In this document: positions 1 to 12,608 of the stretch, piece after piece | How the letters are laid out: every line of letters starts with the position of its first letter | Numbering within the stretch: position 1 is the first letter of the stretch | Assembly: GCF_964355755.1 (NCBI RefSeq) | Contig: NC_092677.1 | Coordinates: 25,221,175 to 25,285,174 of the forward strand | Origin: Antedon mediterranea | Taxonomy: Eukaryota > Animalia > Echinodermata | Length of the DNA stretch: 64,000 nucleotides | Reading direction: 5' to 3' | The notes under the pieces: generated by a model | Databases searched by the model: none | Seen by the model: the letters and a program-made list of their open reading frames with translations, nothing else | What the model was told of the DNA's origin: nothing | Made by a program: the position numbers and the translations under genes

Positions 1-3000
1 AAAGAATTTGTAACAAATGGGTTAAAAAATATACTATAAAAATGTATTTCTTATTTTATTTAAAAAATCACGAGTCTCCTCTCCTTAATTGCCTAAGTCA
101 CACAGCTGACTTAGGCAGAAACACAAAAAACGATCTGAGTATGTGCAAATGTATATAAAAGCACTCAGATAATGTACAGAGGGCAGTATATGATGAGCAG
201 TGAGTTAGGCAGATCATAAGTCATCTCTCCTTAATTGCCTAAGTCACACTGCTGACTTAGGCAGAAACACAAAAAATGTAGTATATTGATATAAGCAGTG
301 AGTTAGGCAGAAAAACAAAACAAAAATTATGACTTAGACACTTTTGTTATGAGGCTGTCGATATCATCTATATACAAAAAATGCTACCTTTAAGTAACAA
401 AATTTAATAGCATCAGCTCTTCAGATTAAAATTAACACTGATGGTTTTAGAATAGGAAAGTAGCAATAAAAGCGAAAGAATTTGTAACAAATGGGTTAAA
501 AAATATACTATAAAAACGTATTTCTTATTTTATTTTAAAAATCATGAGTCTCCTCTCCTTAATTGCCTAAGTCACACTGCTGACTTAGGCAGAAACACAA
601 AAAAACGATCTGAGCATGTGCAAATGTACTCTATATAAAAGCACTCAGATAATGTACAGAGGACAGTATAATGATATAAGCAGTGAGTTAGGAAGATCAT
701 AAGTCAGCTCTCCTTAATTGCCTAAGTCACACAGCTGACTTAGGCAGAAACACACAAAAATATAGTATATTGATATACTGTAAGCAGTGAGTTAGGCAGA
801 AAAACAAAAAACAAATTATGACTTAGACACTTTTGTTATTAGGCTGTCGATATCATCTATATACAAAAAATGCTACCTTTAAGTAACAAAATTTACTAGC
901 ATCAGCTCTTCAGATTAAAATTAACACTGATGATTTTAGAAAAGGAAAATAGCAATAAAAGAGAAAGAATTAAAAAATCATGAGTCTCCTTTTCTTAATT
1001 GCCTAAGTCACACAGCTGACTTAGGCAGAAACACAAAAAACGATCTGAGTATGTGAAAATGTATATAAAAGCACTCAGATAATGTACAGAGGGCAGTATA
1101 ATGATATAAGCAGTGAGTTAGGCAGATCATAAGTCAGCTCTTCTTAATTGCCTAAGTCACACTGCTGACTTAGGCAGAAACACAAAAAATGTAGTATATT
1201 GATATAAGCAGTTAGTTAGGCAGAAAAACAAAACAAAAATTATGACTTAAACACTTTTGTTATAAGGCTGTCGATATCATCTATATACAAAAAAATGCTA
1301 CCTTTAAGTAACAAAATGTAATAGCATCAGCACTTCAGATTAAAATTAACACTGATGGTTTTAGAATAGGAAAGTAGCAATAAAAGCGAAAGAATTTGTA
1401 ACAAATGGGTTAAAAAATATACTATAAAAATCTATTTCTTATTTTATTTTAAAAATCATGAGTCTCCTCTCCTTAATTGCCTAAGTCACACTGCTGACTT
1501 AGGCAGAAACACAAAAAAACGATCTGAGCATGTGCAAATGTATATAAAAGCACTCAGATAATGTACAGAGGACAGTATAATGATATAAGCAGTGAGTTAG
1601 GCAGATCATAAGTCAGATCTCCTTAATTGCCTAAGTCACACAGCTGACTTAGGCAGAAACACACAAAAATATAGTATATTGATATAATCAGTGAGTTAGG
1701 CAGAAAAACAAAAAAACAAATTATGACTTAGACACTTTTGTTATGAGGCTGTCGATATCATCTATATACAAAAAATGCTACCTTTAGGTAACAAAATTTA
1801 CAAGCATCAGCTCTTCAGATTAAAATTAACACTGATGATTTTAGAAAAGGAAAATAGCAATAAAAGAGAAAGAATTAAAAAATCATGAGTCTCCTTTTCT
1901 TAATTGCCTAAGTCACACAGCTGACTTAGGCAGAAACACAAAAAACGATCTGAGTATGTGAAAATGTATATAAAAGCACTCAGATAATGTACAGAGAGCA
2001 GTATAATGATATAAGCAGTGAGTTAGGCAGATCATAAGTCAGCTCTCCTCAATTGCCTAAGTCACACTGCTGACTTAGGCAGAAACACAAAAAATGTAGT
2101 ATATTGATATAAGCAGTGAGTTAGGCAGAAAAACAAAACAAAAATTATGACTTAGACACTTTTGTTATGAGGCTGTCGATATCATCTATATACAAAAAAT
2201 GCTACCTTTAAGTAACAAAATTCAATAGCATCAGCTCTTCAGATTAAAATTAACACTGATGGTTTTAGAATAGGAAAGTAGCAATAAAAGCGAAAGAATT
2301 TGTAACAAATGGGTTAAAAAATATACTATAAAAATGTATTTCTTATTTTATTTTAAAAATCATGAGTCTCCTCTCCTTAATTGCCTAAGTCACACTGCTG
2401 ACTTAGGCAGAAACACAAAAAAACGATCTGAGCATGTGCAAATGTACTCTATATAAAAGCACTCAGATAATGTACAGAGGACAGTATAATGATATAAGCA
2501 GTGAGTTAGGAAGATCATAAGTCAGCTCTCCTTAATTGCCTAAGTCACACAGCTGACTTAGGCAGAAACACACAAAAATATAGTATATTGATATACTGTA
2601 AGCAGTGAGTTAGGCAGAAAAACAAAAAACAAATTATGACTTAGACACTTTTGTTATTAGGCTGTCGATATCATCTATATACAAAAAATGCTACCTTTAA
2701 GTAACAAAATTTACTAGCATCAGCTCTTCAGATTAAAATTAACACTGATGATTTTAGAAAAGGAAAATAGCAATAAAAGAGAAAGAATTAAAAAATCATG
2801 AGTCTCCTTTTCTTAATTGCCTAAGCCACACAGCTGACTTAGGCAGAAACACAAAAAACGATCTGAGTATGTGAAAATGTATATAAAAGCACTCAGATAA
2901 TGTACAGAGGGCAGTATAATGATATAAGCAGTGAGTTAGGCAGATCATAAGTCAGCTCTCCTTAATTGCCTAAGTCACACTGCTGACTTAGGCAGAAACA

Positions 3001-6000
3001 AAAAAAAATGTAGTATATTGATATAAGCAGTGAGTTAGGCAGAAAAACAAAACAAAAATTATGACTTAGACACTTTTGTTATGAGGCTGTCGATATCATC
3101 TATATACAAAAAATGCTACCTTTAAGTAACAAAATTCAATAGCATCAGCTCTTCAGATTAAAATTAACACTGATGGTTTTAGAATAGGAAAGTAGCAATA
3201 AAAGCGAAAGAATTTGTAACAAATGGGTTAAAAAATATACTATAAAAATGTATTTCTTATTTTATTTTAAAAATCATGAGTCTCCTCTCCTTAATTGCCT
3301 AAGTCACACTGCTGACTTAGGCAGAAACACAAAAAAACGATCTGAGCATGTGCAAATGTACTGTATATAAAAGCACTCAGATAATGTAATGATATAAGCA
3401 GTGAGTTAGGAAGATCATAAGTCAGCTCTCCTTAATTGCCTAAGTCACACAGCTGACTTAGGCAGAAACACACAAAAATATAGTATATTGATATACTGTA
3501 AGCAGTGAGTTAGGCAGAAAAACAAAAAACAAATTATGACTTAGACACTTTTGTTATGAGGCTGTCGATATCATCTATATACAAAAAATGCTACCTTTAA
3601 GTAACAAAATTTACTAGCATCAGCTCTTCAGATTAAAATTAACACTGATGATTTTAGAAAAGGAAAATAGCAATAAAAGAGAAAGAATTAAAAAATCATG
3701 AGTCTCCTTTTCTTAATTGCCTAAGTCACACAGCTGACTTAGGCAGAAACACAAAAAACGATCTGAGTATGTGCAAATGTATATAAAAGCACTCAGATAA
3801 TGTACAGAGGGCAGTATAATGATATAAGCAGTGAGTTAGGCAGATCATAAGTCAGCTCTCCTTAATTGCCTAAGTCACACTGCTGACTTAGGCAGAAACA
3901 CAAAAAATGTAGTATATTGATATAAGCAGTGAGTTAGGCAGAAAAACAAAACAAAAATTATGACTTAAACACTTTTGTTATGAGGCTGTCGATATCATCT
4001 ATATACAAAAAAATGCTACCTTTAAGTAACAAAATTTAATAGCATCAGCACTTCAGATTAAAATTAACACTGATGGTTTTAGAATAGGAAAGTAGCAATA
4101 AAAGCGAAAGAATTTGTAACAAATGGGTTAAAAAATATACTATAAAAATCTATTTCTTATTTTATTTTAAAAATCATGAGTCTCCTCTCCTTAATTGCCT
4201 AAGTCACACTGCTGACTTAATTAGGCAGAAACACAAAAAAACGATCTGAGCATGTGCAAATGTATATAAAAGCACTCAGATAATGTACAGAGGACAGTAT
4301 AATGATATAAGCAGTGAGTTAGGCAGATCATAAATCAGATCTCCTTAATTGCCTAAGTCACACAGCTGACTTAGGCAGAAACACACAAAAATATAGTATA
4401 TTGATATAAGCAGTGAGTTAGGCAGAAAAACAAAAACCAAATTATGACTTAGACACTTTTGTTATGAGGCTGTCGATATCATCTATATACAAAAAATGCT
4501 ACCTTTAAGTAACAAAATTTACTAGCATCAGCTTTTCAGATTAAAATTAACACTGATGATTTTAGAAAAGGAAAACACAGCTGACTTAGGCAGAAACACA
4601 AAAAACGATCTGAGTATGTGAAAATGTATATAAAAGCACTCAGATAATGTACAGAGGGCAGTATAATGATATAAGCAGTGAGTTAGGCAGATCATAAGTC
4701 AGCTCTCCTTAATTGCCTAAATCACACTGCTGACTTGGGCAGAAACAAAAAAAATGTAGTATATTGATATAAGCAGTGAGTTAGGCAGAAAAACAAAACA
4801 AAAATTATGACTTAGACACTTTTGTTATGAGGCTGTCGATATCATCTATATACAAAAAATGCTACCTTTAAGTAACAAAATTCAATAGCATCAGCTCTTC
4901 AGATTAAAATTAACACTGATGGTTTTAGAATAGGAAAGTAGCAATAAAAGCGAAAGAATTTGTAACAAATGGGTTAAAAAATATACTATAAAAATGTATT
5001 TCTTATTTTATTTTAAAAATCATGAGTCTCCTCTCCTTAATTGCCTAAGTCACACTGCTGACTTAGGCAGAAACACAAAAAAACGATCTGAGCATGTGCA
5101 AATGTACTGTATATAAAAGCACTCAGATAATGTAATGATATAAGCAGTGAGTTAGGAAGATCATAAGTCAGCTCTCCTTAATTGCCTAAGTCACACAGCT
5201 GACTTAGGCAGAAACACACAAAAATATAGTATATTGATATACTGTAAGCAGTGAGTTAGGCAGAAAAACAAAAAACAAATTATGACTTAGACACTTTTGT
5301 TATGAGGCTGTCGATATCATCTATATACAAAAAATGCTACCTTTAAGTAACAAAATTTACTAGCATCAGCTCTTCAGATTAAAATTAACACTGATGATTT
5401 TAGAAAAGGAAAATAGCAATAAAAGAGAAAGAATTAAAAAATCATGAGTCTCCTTTTCTTAATTGCCTAAGTCACACAGCTGACTTAGGCAGAAACACAA
5501 AAAACGATCTGAGTATGTGAAAATGTATATAAAAGCACTCAGATAATGTACAGAGGGCAGTATAATGATATAAGCAGTGAGTTAGGCAGATCATAAGTCA
5601 GCTCTCCTTAATTGCCTAAGTCACACTGCTGACTTAACACTGATGGTTTTAGAATAGGAAAGTAGCAATAAAAGCGAAAGAATTTGTAACAAATGGGTTA
5701 AAAAATATACTATAAAAATCTATTTCTTATTTTATTTTAAAAATAATGAGTCTCCTCTCCTTAATTGCCTAAGTCACACTACTGACTTAAGCAGAAACAC
5801 AAAAAACGATCTGAGCATGTGCAAATGTATATAAAAGCACTCAGATAATGTACAGAGGACAGTATAATGATATAAGCAGTGAGTTAGGCAGATCATAAAT
5901 CAGATCTCCTTAATTGCCTAAGTCACACAGCTGACTTAGGCAGAAACACACAAAAATATAGTATATTGATATAAGCAGTGAGTTAGGCAGAAAAACAAAA

Positions 6001-9000
6001 AACAAATTATGACTTAGACACTTTTGTTATGAGGCTGTCGATATCATCTATATACAAAAAATGCTACCTTTAAGTAACAAAATTTACAAGCATCAGCTCT
6101 TCAGATTAAAATTAACACTGATGATTTTAGAAAAGGAAAATAGCAATAAAAAAGAAAGAATTAAAAAATCATGAGTCTCCTTTTCTTAATTGCCTAAGTC
6201 ACACTACTGACTTAGGCAGAAACACAAAAAAACGATCTGAGCATGTGCAAATGTATATAAAAGCACTCAGATAATGTACAGAGGACAGTATAATGATATA
6301 AGCAGTGAGTTAGGCAGATCATAAATCAGATCTCCTTAATTGCCTAAGTCACACAGCTGACTTAGGCAGAAACACACAAAAATATAGTATATTGATATAA
6401 GCAGTGAGTTAGGCAGAAAAACAAAAAACAAATTATGACTTAGACACTTTTGTTATGAGGCTGTCGATATCATCTATATACAAAAAATGCTACCTTTAAG
6501 TAACAAAATTTACAAGCATCAGCTCTTCAGATTAAAATTAACACTGATGATTTTAGAAAAGGAAAATAGCAATAAAAGAGAAAGAATTAAAAAATCATGA
6601 GTCTCCTTTTCTTAATTGCCTAAGTCACACAGCTGACTTAGGCAGAAACACAAAAAACGATCTGAGTATGTGCAAATGTATATAAAAGCACTCAGATAAT
6701 GTACAGAGGGCAGTATAATGATATAAGCAGTGAGTTAGGCAGATCATAAGTCAGCTCTCCTTAATTGCCTAAGTCACACTGCTGACTTAGGCAGAAACAC
6801 AAACAAATGTAGTATATTGATATAAGCAGTGAGTTAGGCAGAAAAACAAAACAAAAATTATGACTTAGACACTTTTGTTATGAGGCTGTCGATATCATCT
6901 ATATACAAAAAATGCTACCTTTAAGTAACAAAATTCAATAGCATAAACTCTTCAGATTAAAATTAACACTGATGGTTTTAGAATAGGAAAGTAGCAATAA
7001 AAGCGAAAGAATTTGTAACAAATGGGTTAAAAAATATACTATAAAAATGTATTTTTTATTTTATTTTAAAAATCATGAGTCTCCTCTCCTTAATTGCCTA
7101 AGTCACACTGCTGACTTAGGCAGAAACACAAAAAAACGATCTGAGCATGTGCAAATGTACTCTATATAAAAGCACTCAGATAATGTACAGAGGACAGTAT
7201 TATGATATAAGCAGTGAGTTAGGAAGATCATAAGTCAGCTCTCCTTAATTGCCTAAGTCACACAGCTGACTTAGGCAGAAACACACAAAAATATAGTATA
7301 TTGATATACTGTAAGCAGTGAGTTAGGCAGAAAAACAAAAAACAAATTATGACTTAGACACTTTTGTTATTAGGCTGTCGATATCATCTATATACAAAAA
7401 ATGCTACCTTTAAGTAACAAAATTTACTAGCATCAGCTCTTCAGATTAAAATTAACACTGATGATTTTAGAAAAGGAAAATAGCAATAAAAGAGAAAGAA
7501 TTAAAAAATCATGAGTCTCCTTTTCTTAATTGCCTAAGTCACACAGCTGACTTAGGCAGAAACACAAAAAACGATCTGAGTATGTGAAAATGTATATAAA
7601 AGCACTCAGATAATGTACAGAGGGCAGTATAATGATATAAGCAGTGAGTTAGGCAGATCATAAGTCAGCTCTCCTTAATTGCCTAAGTCACACTGCTGAC
7701 TTAGGCAGAAACACAAAAAACGATCTGAGTATGTGAAAATGTATATAAAAGCACTCAGATAATGTACAGAGGGCAGTATAATGATATAAGCAGTGAGTTA
7801 GGCAGATCATAAGTCAGCTCTCCTTAATTGCCTAAGTCACACTGCTGACTTAACACTGATGGTTTTAGAATAGGAAAGTAGCAATAAAAGCGAAAGAATT
7901 TGTAACAAATGGGTTAAAAAATATACTATAAAAATCTATTTCTTATTTTATTTTAAAAATCATGAGTCTCCTCTCCTTAATTGCCTAAGTCACACTGCTG
8001 ACTTAGGCAGAAACACAAAAAAACGATCTGAGCATGTGCAAATGTATATAAAAGCACTCAGATAATGTACAGAGGACAGTATAATGATATAAGCAGTGAG
8101 TTAGGCAGATCATAAATCAGATCTCCTTAATTGCCTAAGTCACACAGCTGACTTAGGCAGAAACACACAAAAATATAGTATATTGATATAAGCAGTGAGT
8201 TAGGCAGAAAAACAAAAAACAAATTATGACTAAGACACTTTTGTTATGAGGCTGTCGATATCATCTATATACAAAAAATGCTACCTTTAAGTAACAAAAT
8301 TTACAAGCATCAGCTCTTCAGATTAAAATTAACACTGATGATTTTAGAAAAGGAAAATAGCAATAAAAGAGAAAGAATTAAAAAATCATGAGTCTCCTCT
8401 TCTTAATTGCCTAAGTCACACAGCTGACTTAGGCAGAAACACAAAAAACGATCTGAGTATGTGCAAATGTATATAAAAGCACTCAGATAATGTACAGAGG
8501 GCAGTATAATGATATAAGCAGTGAGTTAGGCAGATCATAAGTCAGCTCTCCTTAATTGCCTAAGTCACACTGCTGACTTAGGCAGAAACACAAAAAAATG
8601 TAGTATATTGATATAAGCAGTGAGTTAGGCAGAAAAACAAAACAAAAATTATGACTTAGACACTTTTGTCATGAGGCTGTCGATATCATCTATATACAAA
8701 AAATGCTACCTTTAAGTAACAAAATTTAATAGCATCAGCTCTTCAGATTAAAATTAACACTGATGATTTTAGAAAAGGAAAGTAGCAATAAAAGAGAAAG
8801 AATTTGTAACAAATGGGTTAAAAAATATACTATAAAAATGTATTTCTTATTTTATTTTAAAAATCATGAGTCTCCTCTCCTTAATTGCCTAAGTCACACA
8901 GCTGACTTAGGCAGAAACACAAAAAACGATCTGAGTATGTGCAAATGTATATAAAAGCACTCAGATAATGTACAGAGGGCAGTATAATGATATGAGCAGT

Positions 9001-9491
9001 GAGTTAGGCAGATCATAAGTCATCTCTCCTTAATTGCCTACGTCACACTGCTGACTTAGGCAGAAACACAAAAAATGTAGTATATTGATATAAGCAGTAG
9101 TGAGTTAGGCAGAAAAACAAAACAAAAATTATGACTTAGACACTTTTGTTATGAGGCTGTCGATATCATCTATATACAAAAAATGCTACCTTTAAGTAAC
9201 AAAATTTAATAGCATCAGCTCTTCAGATTAAAATTAACACTGATGGTTTAAGAATAGGAAAGTAGCAATAAAAGCGAAAGAATTTGTAACAAATGGGTTA
9301 AAAAATATACTATAAAAATCTATTTCTTATTTTATTTTAAAAATCATGAGTCTCCTCTCCTTAATTGCCTAAGTCACACTGCTGACTTAGGCAGAAACAC
9401 AAAAAAATGATCTGAGCATGTGCAAATGTATATAAAAGCACTCAGATAATGTACAGAGGGCAGTAAAATGATATAAGCAGTGAGTTAGGCT
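1..9491. repeat. Satellite DNA array, ~20 monomers; long (~475-490 bp) and short (~425 bp) types mostly alternate as a ~905-915-bp dimer; continues beyond window start
   Basis: AAAGAATT anchor recurs at ~1, 475, 964, 1389, 1868, 2293, 2782, 3207 and onward. Short monomers lack the TGTAACAAATGGGTT...TTTTATTTT segment. Each monomer has two TGCCTAAGTCA-N6-TGACTTAGGCA motifs. Array stops at ~9491. Confidence 0.97.
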
Positions 9492-10200
9492 GAATGCATG
9501 CTTGAAAGAATTTACGCGCGCCCTGTCATTTGGCGTCGAAGTAAATCTTGTTATTTTTCTAAAGAATTATCGAACGAATGCTAGATGACCATGTTGAATG
9601 ATTTTACAATAAGACACGCACTGTCCTTGATGCGGGGGTCTTGAAGAATAGGTTTGTCATAAAAAGTTTACGGTCATTTCATACATACATTACATCGAAC
9701 GAATGCAATTGTCTTAAACGGCAAGTTAGGTATTATACCGCGCCTATATGTGCGCCTTTGCCAGCTGTATCGGTATTGAAGATGTTTGACATCGTCAACG
9801 TTTGCCATCGTATGGACCTTGGTATCAAGTCAAAATCAATACGAACTATTGCGTTAAACGGCAAGTTAGATATTATACCGCCTATATGCGCGCCTTTGCC
9901 ACTCGGTATTGAAGATGTTTGACATCGTCATAAATTACCATTTCCTAACATAATATACAGTAACATCTACATGAACATTCTAGAATGTGTTTAGATTTTA
10001 AGAAACCGTGTATAATAATTATTATAAGAACAATCAGAAAAATTCCAAAAGTATGATTAGAAATAGAGTAAGAAGTATCATCTAGGAGATTACGAACATA
10101 TCGTATACAAGAAGAAGGAACCGGTAGTGTTCTCTCTCGGTTTAGGTGAACTGAATGCTTAAAAAACATTGACGCGCGCTGCCATTGGGCGTCGAAGTAA
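9492..10200. repeat. Satellite flank with short direct duplications
   Basis: GCTT..AA..TT.ACGCGCG..CTG.CATT.GGCGTCGAAGTAA at ~9500-9544 and ~10157-10200. TTAAACGGCAAGTTAG...GAAGATGTTTGACATCGTCA at ~9714-9797 and ~9854-9930. Confidence 0.7.
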
Positions 10201-10265
10201 TGATATGGTTTAAACGTTTTGTATTATAGCATGCCTAACAATGATTCGCGCTGGATTCAACGATT

Positions 10266-12040
10266 AGTACAGGGATTTTGTCGAAAAATGGCCAATTTTC
10301 GACCTTTTTATTTTTCGACATAATTGGGTTCTATGGTACTATATAAATATAAATATGGTACTATCATAAAGCAGTATTTGATCATATACAGCAATAAAAA
10401 CGAATAATTGAATTTTAAAAACTTGATATTTTGGCCATTTAAAAAAAAAAATCCCTGTACTATAGTACAGGGATTTTGTCGAAAAATAGCAATTTTTCGA
10501 CCTTTTTATTTTTCGACATAATTGGGTTCTATGGCACTATAAGATGATCATAAAGCAATTATGATCATATACAGCAATAAAAACGCATAATTGAATTTGA
10601 AAAACTTGCAATTTTGGCCATTTTTCTAAAAAATCCCTGTACTATTAATACAGAGATTTTTTTTCAAAAAATGGCCAATTTTCGACATTTTTATTTTTCG
10701 ACATAACTGGGTTCTATGGTACTATAAGATGATTGAATTTTAAAAACTTTAAATTTTGGCCATATTTTGAAAACATCCCTGTACTTTGTCGAAAAATTGC
10801 CAATTTTTGACCTTTTTATTTTTCGACATAATTGGGTTCTATGATACTATAAGATGATCATATACAGCAATAAAAACGCATAATACTAGAATTTTAAATA
10901 CTTGAAATTTTTGCCATTTTTCTAAAAAATCCCTGTTCCATAGTACAGGGAGTTTTTCGACGTACGCACGTAATTGTATTGCCGTATGATGATTTATGCC
11001 CTGAAATTTATGAGTACCAAATTTTATTTAATTGTGATTCATGGTTGTGAAGATATGATTACAAACGACTCTGCGCATGTTTATTATGCTATAGTAACCA
11101 TTTATGTCAAAACTAGTAACTATAGCACAATTGACATGTGCAGAACCCATTATTCGACTCTGCGCATGTTTATTATGCTATAGTAACCATTTATGTCAAA
11201 ATTAAAAGGGTTGAAAAATGCCAATTTTTCGAAAATTTCCCTGTACTATAGTACATGGATTTTTTCTAAAAATGGCAAATTTCTGACCTTTTTATTTTTC
11301 AATATAACTGGTTACTATAGCACAATTGACATGCGCAGAACCCATTATTCGACTCTGCGCATGTTTATTATGCTATAGTAACCATTTATGTCAAAAAATA
11401 AAAGGGTAGAAAATTGGCAATTTTTCGAAAATTTCCCTGTACTATAGTACATGGATTTTTTCAAAAAATGGCCAATTTTCGACCTTTTCATTTTTCGATA
11501 TAACTGGTTACTATAGCACAATTGACATGCGCAGAACCCATTATTCGACTCTATTATGCTATAGTAACGTAACTATGTAAGTAAATTTTCGACCCTTTTA
11601 TTTTTTGACAAAACTAGTCACTATGGCCATATAAGATGATGATAACACCATATATGCCAATACAGTATATGGCATAATTATTGATTTTTAAAAAGTGGAT
11701 ATTTTGGACATTTTAATTTTTTGACAAAACTAGTCACTATGGGCCTATAAGATGATGATAACGCCATATATGTCAATATTATGGCATAATTATTGATTTT
11801 TAAAAAGTGGATATTTTGGCCATTTTTGTGATTGTGATTCTGCGCATGCCAATTTGTCAAAGATTATAGTACAGGTACAGGGATTTTTTTTCTGAAAATG
11901 GCCAAAATATATACATATTGAGGTAATATTGCACAAAACAGATTTTTCGAAAAATGTTCTGCATTATAGTACAGTAGTAACCATGTAAAAAATAAAGCTT
12001 CGAATTTTGGCAATTTAAAAAAAAAACCCATGGCCGAATT
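10266..12040. repeat. Tandem ~180-200-bp units with terminal inverted repeats; some units are fully fold-back
   Basis: Units run TAGTACA(G/T)GGATTTT...AAAAT(C/T)CCCTGTACTA (10266-10462, 10463-10643, 11249-11444). The junction at 10448-10477 is a perfect 30-bp palindrome. A further ~115-bp duplication lies at ~11600-11820. Confidence 0.85.
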
Positions 12041-12384
12041 ATGGCGTAATTATCATCTAAATTTAGGAACCGTAAGTGCCCTAAGTTTACTCTGGGCACC
12101 GCTCAGGGGCCACATAAGCTCTGAGGCCTCTAGTTCTAGTCATTGAGCGCTCATAGCCGTTGCGCTACGCTTTTTAAAAAATAAAATGGTCGAATACTAT
12201 TAAACAGCCTATACTGTAGTACTGCATAGCGATTTGTTTTTCAACGGGTTATATTTTAAAAATACAATTATGATGTGATAATATTGCCATATGAGCATAT
12301 CTTATCATCTTATGGCATAGTAACCAGTTATATCAAAAAATAAAAAGGTCGCAATCTTTTTTGACATATGAAAATAACTTTTAA

Positions 12385-12390
12385 TTTATT
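12385..12390 (-). promoter_or_regulatory. Candidate polyadenylation signal for RECQL4
   Basis: AATAAA on the minus strand ~220 nt downstream of the stop codon; the AT-rich context makes this weak. Confidence 0.35.
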
Positions 12391-12608
12391 CAATTGTATT
12401 CTAAATATACAAGCTTAGCATATTTATAAATAATATAAAAATATTATTACTATATAAGAATTATGATTGTTTTGAAGTTTTATATATACATTATTTGTAC
12501 ATTTTCACCTTAGACTGTCCAGCCTGAAATTGCAGGGAATGTTTTGCATTTAGTGAAAACAAAGAAATACAAATAGGTATGAGTTTGTATTTTCTCCAAC
12601 AATATAAA

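Noticed and set aside
1-9491. CRISPR-like array (palindromic ~30-bp repeats at regular spacing)
   Set aside because: The intervening sequences are themselves repeated rather than unique spacers, there are no cas genes, and the context is eukaryotic.
8763-12099. Short ORFs in the satellite and hairpin repeats
   Set aside because: Chance frames in repeats with no recognisable motifs or splice support.
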